A DNA stretch of 64,000 nucleotides from the human T2T-CHM13v2.0 reference genome, Homo sapiens: NCBI RefSeq assembly GCF_009914755.1, contig NC_060936.1. One strand, 5' to 3'. The notes below the pieces were generated by a model. It saw nothing but the letters and a program-made list of their open reading frames with translations. It was not told where the DNA came from and searched no databases. Below, piece by piece: positions 12,721-26,824 of this stretch. The position numbers and the translations under genes are program-made. Every line of letters begins with the position of its first letter. The first letter of the stretch is position 1.

Positions 12721-14207
12721 GTGTAAAATCAAAAAAGTTTCCAAGCAGCCAAACCAATACTGAGCAAAAAGAACAAAGCTGGAGGCATCACACTTCATAA
12801 TTTCAAAATATACTTTAAAACAATAGTAAACAAAACAGCATGTTATTAGTATAAAAACAGATGCATAGAGCAATGGAGCCCAAAAATAAATTCATGTAAT
12901 TACAGCCAATGGATTTTAACAGCTGTGCCCAGAACATACACTGGGGAAATATCACACTCTTCAATAAATTGTGCTGGGAAAACTAGATATCATATGCAGA
13001 AGAAAGAAACTAGACCACTATTTATCATCATATACAAAAATTAATTCAAAATTTATTAAAGACTTACATTTAAGACCCCAAACTATAAAACTACCACAAG
13101 AAAACAAACAAACAAAAAACAATTCAGAAAGCTGGTCTAGGCAAAGATTTCATGACTAAAACATCAAAAGCACAGTCAAGAAAGGCAAAAATATAAAAGT
13201 GGGACTATAGTAAACTGAAGAATTTTGCACTGTGAGGGAAACAATCAACAGAGTAAAGAGACAAGCTATAGAATGGGAGAAAATATTTGCAAATTATTTA
13301 TCCAACAAGGGACTAATATCCCGGATATACAAGGAACTCAAACAACTCAACACCAAAAAAAAAAAAATAGTGTGATTAAAATGTGGACAATGGATCTGAA
13401 TAGACACTTCTCAACAGAACACATGAAAATGGTGAACAAATACATGAAAAAATGCTCAACATCACTAATCACCATGGAAATGCAAATGAAAATCACAATG
13501 AGATTTCATTCATCCCAGTTAGAATGTCTATTATCAAAAAAAAAGTGAAGATGAGGAGAAAATGAAATGTATACACTCTTGTTCAGAATGTAAATTAGTA
13601 TAGTCATAGAAAACGACGTGGTGATTTCTCAAAGTACTAAAAAACTAAAAATAGAACTGCCATATGATATAGAAATCTCACAATAAATCTCAATGTATTG
13701 CTGTATTTATACATTGTAAATATATAAATGTATACAATGTATAAATACAGCAATAAATACTACTTTTGCATACTTTTTCAAAGGGAAGTTAATTAATATA
13801 ACAAAGGGATACCTGCAGCCCCATGTATATTGCAGCACTATTCACAATACTAAAGATATGGAATCAACTAAAATGTCCATTGATGGATTAATTAATAAAG
13901 AAAATGTGGTATATATACACAATTGAATGTAATTCACCATAAAAAGAAAATCTGTCATTTGTAGCAACATGGGTCAGCTTAGAGGACATTATGTTAAGCA
14001 AAAGAAGTCAGGCACAGATAGATAAATGCAGTATGTTCTCACTTACATATGGGAACTAAAAACAAATATGAGGTTATCAAAGTAGAGAGTATAATTGTTG
14101 GTATTACACTCTGGGAAGGGTAGCAGGTAGGGAAGGATGGGGAGAGATGGGTTAGCAGATACAAAATTACAGCAATAAAGGATGAATGATTCTTGGTCTT
14201 CTGTAGC

Positions 14208-14268
14208 ACTGTAGGGTTAATATAGATAATATAGATAATAGATAACTGTAGGGTTAATATAGATAATC
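14208..14268. repeat. 23-bp direct duplication actgtagggttaatatagataat in the L1MA 3'UTR
   Basis: Two exact copies separated by a short ATAGATA-repeat spacer. Confidence 0.9.
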
Positions 14269-15139
14269 CTATAATTTATTGTTTATTTTCAAAAAGCTGG
14301 AAGGGGGCATTTTGAATATTCCTAGCACAAATGATAAATATTTGAGTGATATATATGCTAATAACTCAGATTTGATGATTACATATTGTATAGACATATC
14401 AAAATATCATTCTGTACTCCACAAATATACTCAATTATTATACGTAATCTAAAAATTAAAGAAAAATATTGAAAGGAGGACACTGGTAACGTTTTCTAGA
14501 ACAGGTGATACATCAAAGGTTGCAAGGAATTAAGAAAAAGCTATGTATAAAATAAATGGAAAGCACCTCTCTGCATCTCTTAAAAATAAGTCATATACTC
14601 ACAACCATCAGGACATGTATTTAGAGCTATTTTTCTTTCAGTGGTAATATATTTTGTTGAGTCATTCATGCTTTATTCATGGTGATACTTTATCTTAATT
14701 ATAGCATACTAACAACATGATTAGCATCAATCAACAATTTAGCTTGTCCTGGAATTGGTTTTACAACAACTCCCTGTAAATGTAACCAACAGAGCTAGCC
14801 CCTTTTTCCCTCTTTCTTTATGTCATTCCTTCTCTCCTTCCTTCCTTCCTGTATTTTATGTATTAAGAGTATTTGTTGCTAAAGAAAGAAAAAAACCTTC
14901 TCATAAATAATTTCCTTCATACTCTTTGATTGTCCCTTACAAGATAGATTTGTTACAGTGAATATAACAGTGAATTTTCACAAAGAAAATTTGGGGTAAA
15001 ATAAATGAGACATGAAATAGTAAATTTCATAAATACTCCAAAATATGATGACAGGATTTAATGGAAAAAATATTTTGATACCTGTGTCCTATCAAAAGAT
15101 ATCTGTATTGCAAGTCTGGAACTTCATCCAGTATCCTCC

Positions 15140-15490
15140 GAATATTTTGGAATACTTTCTAACATTTTGTGTGTTTCAGAAGAGGGTACTTCAAACTACT
15201 AGATTCCACTTTTGACATCGTTTGAGAGCCAGACAGTGCTCGAGAATTCTTTTTCACTCTAAGACTGTCCTTACCTAATGATTCACAGGCATGTGACAGA
15301 AAGTTAGAAAACCCAGCCTCTTTGCATTAGGTTAGTTTAACTTAGAAGTGAAACTTGAATTCTAGGGTTCTTCTATGGGATCAGATTTAAGGTACCTTCT
15401 GAATGATTTCACTTGAGGTCTTATTCTTGCTTGACTTCCTCCTGTTTTCTGTTCTATTTCCTACATTTCCTTATTGGCCACCCACTTTTT
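15140..15490 (+). mobile_element. ERVL-type LTR fragment (LTR16-like)
   Basis: aacccagcctctttgc, tatgggatcagatt, ttgcttgacttcctcctg resemble LTR16 subfamilies. Confidence 0.5.
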
Positions 15491-15731
15491 ATGACTCCAA
15501 AAGGCATCATTCCCACTAAATAAAATGTGAATACTGTCTCAAAATGTGTGCAACATAGCAATCCCAAATAGCAGAAAAAAAAAAAACAAAAACTGGTGGG
15601 TGGGACAAGAGAAAAGTGAACCATTTATCTTTCCCAATAGATTTGAAGCAGGAAAGAGAGAGAGAGATCATTTACAAATTGAGATGATCAAACAATTTTT
15701 GGTACCTAAGTACCATAAAAAAATTTATTTT

Positions 15732-16332
15732 TATAGTAGACAACTTCGAAGATAGCCTACCATGATATTGACTATCAATATTTATCCCCTTGTGTAATCA
15801 TTTTCATTTACATGTGAACTAGATCCGGTGATTTGTTTTTAAATGGATAAAATATGGCAAAGGTGATGGGACATCACAACTGAGATTAGGTTCCCAAAGA
15901 CTGCAAGTTCTGCGTTGCTAGCATTCTTTCTCTGACCTCTTGCATGCTCATTTCAATGAAGCCAGATACCATGTTAAGAGCTGACATATGGAGAGGCCTA
16001 CATGGCATGGTCAGAAAATTATGAAAGCCTAATTTTCAGCAGTTTTTAAGAAATGAAGGCCTCAGTTCAACAGAATGCAAGGAAAGAAATTCTGATAACG
16101 AGGAGTAGAATGAGCTTGGAAATGTGTCTACCCCCAGTCAAGCCTGCAAATGAGACTACAGCACTGGCCAACATCATAGCTGCAGTGTTGTGAAAGATCC
16201 AGAATCTGAAGATCTACCTGAGCCATGTCTCAATTCCTGACTTACAGAAATGGTGAGATAATAAACATTGTTATTTTAAGACACTAAGTTTTGGCACAAT
16301 TTGTTACACAAAAACAGCAATAGATAATTAAA
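15732..16332 (+). mobile_element. MLT1 (F/G-type) MaLR LTR
   Basis: tatggcaaaggtgatggga, atggagaggcctacatggca, aattcctgacttacagaaatggtgagataataaa, acagcaatagataa. Confidence 0.85.
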
Positions 16333-17985
16333 TGTTAACTCTGCCTTAGATTTCATCTACAGGGAAAGGACGATATCACCCCAGAACTAAATGTGAGGAA
16401 CAGTGTAAGACAAAGATAACAAATATTGTTTTCTGTTTTACTCCAGGAAATCTACTCTGTCAAAGTAACCATTGCAAAATCTGAATAAGACACTCTGATT
16501 TTAAGCATCTTACAATCTCACAAGGAAGTTTTACACCAAAGTTCTGATAAATAACCAAACAATTAGTACTACAGAATTCCCAAACCCTATTTTTATAATG
16601 TATAAAAGCATAGAGGGCATTAAGTTTTTATTGTAATCTGTAGTTCAGAGCACCCACTGCAGATAAATTGTCTCTATTTAAAGATCATCTGAGTATCCCA
16701 CAGTTGTTTCTGTTTCCATCATGTTGACACTCATATAAAATTCACACATGTGCGCACATGCACACAGACTTGCACGCGCCCTCCTGGAACCATTTAAATT
16801 TAGAAGACTATATTGAAGATTGGAATGGTGGTGGGAAGAATAGAATATTTATTTATATCCAAACAACATACATTGATTTAAGTAGAAACATAGAGAGCCA
16901 GTAATTACAGTTCAGATTTCCCTCCAGTAAGACATATTCAAAAACTGTTTTATGTTATCTGATCTCCAGTTCCATGTCATCTCAACATTTAATTATCTAG
17001 TCAACGGCCTTTGTTCCTTCTTTCTTAAAAACAAAAATTAATGTTTTATATTTTCTTACAAAGCATATTTAGTCTCTCCCTTTAGTTTCTGAGGCCCTTA
17101 GCTAAATACCTATATGGTAAAGGTCAATCTCTCCACTCTAGATGCTGATTAGAGTATTTTCCTATAAAAACATAAAGATATGTATTTAAATTGTTTCAAG
17201 ATGCTACTTTTCACCTTGAATTGGACCTTGTTTATTCTCTAGTTGAGGTAGGAATTATGAACACTGAATTGTGCTGTCCATATACCCTCCCCTTTTTTTA
17301 GGATGGAAGCATTAGTTCCTCCAACTCTGCTTAGAGTGTCACAACTGAACCTGACAGCTGAAAGCAACTTCTTTATTGTCATGGATGATAATGGTATACA
17401 TAAGAGAGTCGCCTTATCCAAATTTGGGACATCTCTTCCAAGTCATTGGTGCAGCCTGCACACAAATCTTTGCCTCAGAGTTTTATTCCTGGCAAGCTTA
17501 ACTTGCAAATATTGGCAAAATACAATTGAGGATTTGATGATGTTAATGAGGTGGATTTTGGATATGATGGACTGTGTACTGTTAGACATTTAGTGTAAAT
17601 TGTGCACTAGGCAGCTGAGAAAATAAATACAAGAGAAGACAAAGTTGAAGATAGAGATTTTGTAGTAATCAATGCACTGGATATATTTTCAATCACAGTA
17701 GTTAAGTATTTCCTTCACATTGAAAAACACTTGTTTTTTTGGTTTCCAGGACCACCAAAATTGGTTTTCTCAGAACTTTCTTTTTAAGTTCATTACTTAT
17801 TCTATCTCTGCTTATTTAGCAGTCTAATTAATTCATATACTCAATAATTTATTCAAATAATATTTGTTGAATTTCTATATGTGCCAGAGAGGATCTAAGA
17901 TATTGTTGACAATAACACAAGGCATTTTTAAGCTGATCGTTAGAAGAAGGCAGCCATCATTGGTGTAACAGAATAGTAATCCCCG

Positions 17986-18532
17986 TGTGATGGTTAATAT
18001 TGAGTGTCAACTTGATTGGATTGAAGGATGCAGAGTATTGTTATTGGGTGTGTCTGTGAGGGTGCTAGCAAAGGAGATTAACATTTGAGTTAGTGGAATG
18101 GGAGAAGCAGACCCCACCTCAATCTGGGTAGGCACTATCTAATCAGCTGCCAGTGTGACTAGAATAAAGCAGGCAAGGAGTTGGAAAGACGAGACTTACT
18201 GAGTCTTCCAGCCTTCATATATCTCCCATGCTGGATGCTTCCTGCCCTTGAACATCAGACTCCAAGTTCTTCAGCTTTTGGACTCTTGGACTTACACCAG
18301 CGATTTGCTAGGGGATTTCAGGCCTTTGGCCACAGACGGAAGGCTGGACTGTCAGCTTCTCTATTTTTGAGGTTTTGGGACTCAGACTGGCTTCCTTGCT
18401 CCTCAGCTTGCAGACTGCCTATTGTGGGACTTCACTTTGTGATCATGTGAGTCAGTACTCCTTAATAAACTCCGCTTCATATATACAGCTATGCTATTAG
18501 TCCTGTCCTTCTAGAGAACCCTGACTAACACA
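17986..18532 (+). mobile_element. MLT2A-type (MLT2A2-like, HERV-L) complete solo LTR, 547 bp
   Basis: TG...CA termini (tgtgatggttaatattgagtgtcaacttgattggattg ... ctagagaaccctgactaacaca), AATAAA near 18465, TSD ccccg/cccag. Confidence 0.93.
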
Positions 18533-18559
18533 CCCAGCAAATATTCTAATGTGTAAATT

Positions 18560-19450
18560 CATTTGGTGTGTTCGGCATCACAAATGAGGCCAGTGGGAAG
18601 TACTCAATGGGGTACAATATATGGAGATGAGCTAAAGAGACTGGCATGTGTTATACAATATAGGGCTTTAGATCATGCTATGAAATTTGTTCTTTCTTTT
18701 AATATCACTGGGAAGAAATTGGAAATGTTATGCAATACATAATTTTTTTTAATTTTTAGAAAAATGTACTGAATACCTGCTCTGTGCTAGTTCATATCTT
18801 TTAGTGCTGGGATGCGATGGAGAATAAAAAATATTTTCTACTTGTCTTTTATAATACATTCTCAGAAAAAAATAGGCAATAAATAAATAACCAAGCAATT
18901 TTGAAATAAAATATTAGGTAATAATAAATCTCATGCAAAGAAATGACAAATGATTATAAGCAAATAAATGACTTTTAGAACAGTGATCTTGGATAAGTCC
19001 ACCTTAGTTGAGAGTGTAGCAAGAAAAGAAAAGAGATGAGAATAGAAGAAAGGAAATCTCAACAAGATCCTCTCAATTGAGAGGAAAGAAGAAAGCCCAA
19101 TTTGAATAGTTTGAGAACAGTATAAAGTGGTGAAAAGCGTAGGTCTAAGTTTATGGATAACGTAGTGAAAACTTTTCCTGGGGATGGAAAAAATATGTGG
19201 TAGCTTGAGTTGGACAGGCATGTGGAATCCAAGGCATTTTTCTTATGGTTCTATTATGTACTTTGTTCACTGATGAAAGATGTTCTTAATGGTGGAAAAT
19301 ATGCTGACATGGCAAAGAACAGAAATAATTTTAGAGGCCAAATTCTAAATTATGGTTAAGAGAGTGTGTGCCAAGGTAGAAATTGAGGAACTAGCAATCA
19401 ACAGAAAGAGGGTAACTTCACTGTAACAGAAGAGACACCTCCAATTAAGT
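18560..19450. mobile_element. Degenerate L2 fragments
   Basis: tactgaatacctgctctgtgctag, agtgctgggatgc, tagggctttagatcatgcta; boundaries approximate. Confidence 0.5.
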
Positions 19451-19629
19451 AAGAATAGCTTCACAAAATTAACAGATACAAAGTGAGCTCACTTGGTTTC
19501 CTTCAATCTCATTCTATTTCCTACCTCAATAAGTTGCTAGAATTAACTAATTGTCCAAGACAGAAAAACAAATGACAATCTTGAAATCCCTTTCCCTAAT
19601 CACTAAAACCTAACAAAACCATCTATATT

Positions 19630-19897
19630 TTCCCTAAACCCCCCACATTCAGTGAGCCATACTGGTGAGGTGGGGATAGGTTTTTAACAAGGTCTGAGTA
19701 TCAGCACTTGGGGATGCTTCCTTGTGACAGTGGCTGCTCTTTACACCTGCAGTTTTTATATTCATTAGTGTTCTCTTTACTTCTTACTGGTCAATTGCTC
19801 ATTACTCCAGTTCCCTCTTTTAGTTAATAATTCTATAAAATAAAATTTCCTCTTCAAACTTCTATGTAAATTCTCTTTCCCAATTTTAATCTGACTA
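19630..19897 (+). mobile_element. Old ERVL-type LTR 3' fragment
   Basis: aataaaatttcctcttcaaac ... ctgacta ending resembles ancient ERVL LTR 3' ends. Confidence 0.4.
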
Positions 19898-22800
19898 TAA
19901 ATCCATAAACATGAAATTCTAAACCAGAGTTACTAAAGACAGATTCATTTTTCTTTCCACTAGATGTAATATTTATTCTATATTGACCAACATTCTATAT
20001 TTTCATTGAACTGTGAACTTCTGATTCATATTAATGTGTTGCTTAGTGATCAGAACTTTTAAAATGATAATGCTTATTACCTATGTGGATCTAAGTTTTG
20101 TCATGCAGTTTACTTAGTGATTAGAAAAGTCATTCACTTAATAAATGTTGAATGCGCACTTGTCATATTATTGTATTGTTTTAGGTCCTAGAAATAGAGA
20201 AGTGAATTAAACAGATAAAGTCTCCAATCTCAATAATTACCTCTGATTTAAAAACATAGAGCCATAAGTTCTACTACTGACGTTTCGGGTGCCACAGCAA
20301 TTTTGGGGATGTGTATAGGCTGTGAGTTCTTAGGATCATAAACACTCATGTGAAAAATTCATACATTTCTATAAACTGTATTATTTAACATGTCATATTT
20401 TCTACACCTACGAAACCTGCACCAGCTAAGTTTATACATACTACTAGTAGAAATAAAAAGCTAACAAATATGGAATTATATGTTACAGTTTCTTTGGGAT
20501 TTTTAAAATCATATACTAAAGAACATAAAAAAGGGGTTTGGCTCCTTTTCTTTAAGAAGAGAAAGATTACGGTACCTACAGTGATGTTTTTTATTCACGC
20601 AAAGTCACATTCAAAATGTGTATTATACTATGATGCAAGTTTGTAAGTTTCACCTATGGCAGATGAGAAATCCTTATGGGCTATATTGCCCATAGCTACT
20701 TCTATCCCATTCTGTTTCTTTTTGAAAATTATTATAAAAGAAGGATTATTTCTGCTCAGAACTAATGATCAACTTAAAAATGTTTTCATAAAAGTTCCCT
20801 ATTTTTGTGGAAGTTACTAAAACCTTGATCTTTACACCACTATATTATAAAGATAATTGCTTGTGATTAATCTGCCTGATAGGATTGAAGAGATAACAGT
20901 TATATGATTAAAATATGTTTAATTAAAAATATATAAATTATAATCAAATAACATGCAAATTTTTGCACTTTATGTTCATGTTTTATTATGTTATTTTATA
21001 TTATTCTTTTTAAATGTGAATGAATATTGGCATTCAGTTTTGCAATCGCAAATGTGACAATTTAAAAGAAATATATGGTCAGTCAGGCTCAAAGATCAGC
21101 TTCCAGTCCTTTACACCAAGTTTCTCATTCTTAAATTTTTTGTTAAAATCAACATTTTCTCTTACTATGATATTTTGCATCTTACTCTTAGAGGCCATCT
21201 TCTTATATTATTTAGAAGATGCTAAACCACTGTCTAACAATTTTTTCCCTGTAATAAAGTATTGTCAAAATTTTCATACAAAACTATCCAACAAGCCACT
21301 ATTTGTTCCTCTTTCTAAATCAGATAACATAATTTTATCAACATCTAAGCAAAGAAATAGTATCTACTACTACATATTTATATTATAAAACTCATTTCCC
21401 TTCACATCTTATTTTGTTAGCCACATTTGAATTTTTGGTAGCATCATTGTCTCAAACATCCAGGATTGAATCATTTCATCTACAATTTCTCTCTTTTTCT
21501 TATTTTCCACATGTGCTAAATTTTATATTCCACTTTAATCACACACTTTCCATCACCACACCATCATTACAAATCCTTACATAATTTATGCACAGTCATT
21601 ATGTCCTGGGTACCCAGCACTGTTGGAGCTGGGGATGCCTTTTGAACCTATAGCCTAGTAAAGCAGTCTTTTTGAGTCTCTGGATATTTTTCTGCTTATT
21701 TTCTATGATGTTTTATTATAAGTCTGTTAAGTTTCCTTTACTTATTATTACTAGTTTTTATCCAGGAGAAACCTCATCTGTTCATTTGCTGAAGAGAAGA
21801 GTTAATTAAGCTTTTTTAGCTTGCTAGTTTGATTTTGGGTAATTCATTGTGCACTTAGGTGGGGGTGAAGTCCATCTCCAAACTACATGTGAAAAGCAGT
21901 GTAATATGCAGCTTCTCAGTTCAACTGCCAACTATGATTATTCTCCTGTCCCCATTGCCTGGGTCTCAAGCACTGAAAGGTAGCAAATGAGAGTTCATAT
22001 AATTTTGACCACACACTGTCCAGACTTTTCGGCCTCTTACTTGCCTAAAGAACTTTATTGTTAAATTTTACACCTTTCAGGAAGCAATATGGTATCACCA
22101 AACACTTGATATTTCCTGCCACATTAATTGGTAGAAGTTGCATTTTTTGAAAAGATGTCAAGTAATGTTGGAGAGACAAGATTAAGTAACAGTCACCTAG
22201 AACAGATGTTTACTTTAAAAAGGTAGCAGCAGGAGAGAGAAGAAAGATGATTCCCAAGTTTTCTGTTTGGCACAAACTCTGATTTTTCTGAATCAAGAGG
22301 AGAGAGTGGAAAACAAACAAACAACAACAAAAACCACTCATGGCACCATGTCTCATGAGGTGATGAGACAGTCTGTCACTGATGGTGTTTATAACTGTAA
22401 TTTATATTAATTGATACTTAACACAATTTCTATTAGTTTTCTGTTGATCTTAGATATTGCACTTTAAATAAATTTCAGGTGTTCATGTTCTGGGAATATT
22501 TAGATGAAAGTAGAAAGAAATTGACTCCATTTTAATCCAGGAAGTTACCCTCTTCCTTTTTTTATTTTTAACAGTGTAAATATTGAAAAGTTTTATACTT
22601 TTTTTCCTTTGAAGATTCCAGTCTTTAGTTAATTTATTCATAGTGCCATCTGTTTTTCCCCCTTTACTTTTTTAGAATACCATGAAAGGAACACGTTTTA
22701 AAACTTTAGTTTAATAAAGAGAAAAAGAAAAACAGAAAGAGAGAGAAAGCAGATGAACTCACCCATGAACATGTACGGAACACAGCTGTGTTTGCTTTCT

Positions 22801-24094
22801 TTTGTATCTTGAAACACCAGCCTGATATTACCTTTCTCTTTGTTTCTTTTACAAGAATGTTGCCATAGATTGCCAATAAGACATTTTTGGACCACTTTTA
22901 AAGCATAAGGGAAAAATATACCCATATTGTCAAACAACTTTATTTTCTCTTTATCCTGTAGTTCAATTTGTGATCATATGCATTACAGTAGGAATGTATA
23001 CTTTGAATAAAATATGATTTGTGTTCTTATGTAAATATGCTCACAATTGATCTATAACATGGGAAGCACTACTTGTTTCATAACACTACATTTAAAAGCC
23101 TAGAGATAATTGTCGATAATGTCAATATCATTTTAATATATTGTTAGGAATATATTACTTTAGCATAATGCATCCTATCCATATTTTAAGGCAACTTTAT
23201 TAAAAATAAAAATAGATATTTCTCTCTGTTGAAGTTCTACCACAGACGTAAAATGAATTTTAAAAAAACAAAACAAACAAAGACACATCTCAAGATGGCT
23301 TAGTAGAATAATGGGATGAAATGAGGTGTGTGATAAACACAGCATGTCCTTGGGGAAGGAGTGAACAGACCACATCTCTAACACAGCTTGTGTTTGGGAA
23401 TTAACAAAACAAAATTTCCAAGTAGGCCTGATTCAGAAAAACAGGAAATCCTATATCTTAAAAAATTACAGAATATTATCACTTTTCATATTTCCTAAAG
23501 TTTTCCATGTTACTTGTAAATGTAACATGTAACCAATTAGATTATTCCTGGCCTAAATATGTGGTGGCAAAAACAACCTAAGAATTAAATAACCATTTTG
23601 ATGCATTTTCATGTAGTTGACTATACATTTGTCTAAAATATAATCAGAATATTTTAATGTTGTACTACATGTATAATATATGTTCACTGTAGAAAATTTA
23701 GAACATACTAATAAGCAAAAAAAAGCAACAAAAACACTCAATATTTTTGCAGAATAACCAAGAAAATAAGTAGTAGAAAGTAATTATTTTTTCTAATTTA
23801 GTTCTTGGTTTAATACATTTGTTATATATTAAACATTGAATAAGTAATCTTTATTAAATAAATGAATAGAAACATATAACATAAATTATAGAAGTTATTA
23901 CATTTTATTTTATCTACATAGTCTTTATACTTTAATTTCATGATCTTTTATAAAAATATACTTGAACAACAACTGCTGAATAACAATAATCATGTATCAA
24001 TTAATTTGTATAAAGTACCATTTTAAGGGTTTGAGGAAACCCAATTAGATAGGTATTCTTTTTAGATGTGATTTTAGTTCTTCGAACATATGTA

Positions 24095-24540
24095 TTCATT
24101 TATTTATTTTTATTATACTTTAAGTTCTAGGGTACATGTGCACAACGTGCAGGTTTCTTACATATGTATACATGTGCCATGTTGGTGTGCTGCACCCATT
24201 AACTCATCATTTAGCATTAGGTATATCTCCTAATGCTATCCCTCCCCCCTCCCCCCACCATATGACAGGCCCCAGTGTGTGATGTTCCCCTTCCTGTGTC
24301 CAAGTGTTCTCATTGTTCAATTCCCACCTATGAGTGAGAACATGCGGTGTTTGGTTTTTTGTCCTTGCGATAGTTTGCTGAGAATGATGGTTTCCAGCTT
24401 CATCCATGTCCCTACAAAGGACATGAACTCATCCTTTTTATGGCTGCATAGTATTCCATGGTGTATATGTGCCACATTTTCTTAATCCAGTCTATCACTG
24501 ATGGACGTTTGGGTTGGTTCCAAGTCTTTGCTATTGTGAA
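24095..24540 (-). mobile_element. Young L1PA (PA4/PA5-like) 3' end, 5'-truncated
   Basis: ttattatactttaagttctagggtacatgtgcacaacgtgcagg ... gttccaagtctttgctattgtgaa, close to consensus with CpGs retained. Confidence 0.95.
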
Positions 24541-24749
24541 CCAAAACACAAATAGGCAAAATGTCTTGCCCAAGTTTACACAGCTATTATTAAGTGTTAA
24601 AAGCAAGATTTGATTATAAGCACCTGGATCAAGAATCTGTCTCTATAAATATTTATTCTTATACAGATAATTGAGAAATTTATAAAAAATGAAGAAGGAG
24701 ATCTGAAAAGAAAATATAGTGGTTTCAATTTACTACTATTTTTAGGGAG

Positions 24750-25120
24750 GAAAAATTAGTTCAGAGCTTGTATTGAGGCTAAATTCCACAAAATCTTCCA
24801 TGACATAACTTTCTATTATTTTGTTCCACCCTGCAGAGTTTATATTCTCCAAGTCTCCTCAAGATTTATTTGGATGCTCCAGACTTGACATCTACATTTT
24901 AGTCAATCAGAAAAAGAAAAGGGGGAAAAAGGAGACACAAGCTGTATCTTAAAAGAACCGTCCTGAATTTTATACACTTCCCTTTTCCTGTATCTCAAAA
25001 GCCATATTATACTCAGCCATAGGTAGCCACAAAGGAAACTGGAGTTATTTCAAATGTTATCTTATTCTAAATCAGGAGGAAAACAAATCTTAGGTTTGAG
25101 TTAGCAGTCTTTTTCATAGG
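24750..25120 (-). mobile_element. Old MLT1 (K/L-type) LTR fragment
   Basis: gctccagacttgacatctacatttt, agccacaaaggaaactgga. Confidence 0.45.
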
Positions 25121-25268
25121 TATATACCTAAATATTATCAAAACTGATACAAAAAAAAAAAAAAAACGTTCCCAAGTTTACTTAACTATTAAGTGTTAGA
25201 GCTCAATTTGATATAGCAACATGCTCATTTCAATAAAGTAGCAAGAAGTACAAAGGAAAAATAGTGTT

Positions 25269-25572
<304 letters not shown>

Positions 25573-26609
25573 AAGAAAAATCATGTTGATTGAAATAGGT
25601 TTTAACGTGAACAACCTGGAACAAGACCATAATGAAATTCATCTGAAATAATGAAAAGAATCAGAAAAAATAAGAGTAGTATAAAGTCAATATTTTCTTT
25701 TATTTTTAGGTAAAATACTTCCTGAGATGAAGATATCTAATTTTCACTGGATACAAATTATGCATATCCAGCCCAAGGCAGAATTTGTTGAGAATTCATT
25801 AAATGAATTGCTTTAATAAATGAGGGGTGCCCCCACTGATAGTTAGAAATCATCCTATGAATAAATTACACTCATCCAAGTTTTGTATATTGGATACATA
25901 AATCTAATTTTGAAGAGCTATATTAAAATTTTCTAGTTTAAAATGTTATAGAGATTAATTCTAACCCATTTTTGATATGTCATAAAATAATCATATTATA
26001 ATTAAAATAACAAAACTGGAAGTGATGTATTACTATTAAATTCAGTGATCTTTAAATATCTATATGACTAAAACATTTATGTTATAATAAATATTATTCA
26101 TCTGAGAGAATTTATAGTTTTCAAACACAATCAGAAGAAAAAACGTTATTTATAATTCATTTCTACAACCACTTTTTAATATTTTCATCCTAGTTTTGAT
26201 GTAAAAGTCTTCTATAATGTTTTAAAACAAGAAGAGTAGAAGACATCTGATGTTCAGCATTACGGTAACATTTTATGCCCAAGTAATCTACTCATATACT
26301 TTAAAATAAAATTTAAAAAAAAATCTGGAGCTAAGGCAGGATGATAGAAATAAAAGATTCCCCAATAGAGGAAGAAGACGGCTGACCCAAAGGTTTAAAT
26401 AAACAATAAAGATAAATCTTAGGTATCCAGAAATTTTTTGAAGTATTCTCTGGAATTTTGGTAGTTTGATATTTTACAAGTTAAAATAAAGTCAATTTAT
26501 GAAATAAAGAAGCAATAAAGCATCATCAAAGTCTACATCAAAAGAAAGATGTTAAAATGTCATTTCAGAAGACTCAACAAGATTCTCCTCTTTGGTTAAA
26601 AAAAATACT

Positions 26610-26820
26610 GGCTGGGCACAGTGTCTAATGCCTGTAATCCAAGCACTTTGAGGGGAGGCCAAAGCAGGAGAATTTCTTGAGCCCAGGACTTCGAGAGCAG
26701 TCTGGACAATATAGTGAGACCTCTGACCCTACGAAATTAAAAAAATAAAGATTAGCTCTGTGTGGTGGTATGAGCCTTTGGTCCTAAATACTTGTGAGGC
26801 CGTGGTGGATTGCTTAAGCC
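26610..26820 (+). mobile_element. AluJ, 3'-truncated
   Basis: cttgagcccaggacttcgag, atatagtgagacc; stops in the right arm at gcttaagcc. Confidence 0.88.
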
Positions 26821-26824
26821 TCTG

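Larger units (their letters stand above)
9372..14466 (+). mobile_element. L1MA-type element (ORF2 to 3' end) hosting nested insertions
   Basis: Collinear ORF2 motifs (aagattgaaccaagaagaaa, tgggatttatcccag, gaacaaagctggaggcatcacac) and L1MA 3'UTR (gatacaaaattacagc, agcactgtagggttaata). Confidence 0.93.
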
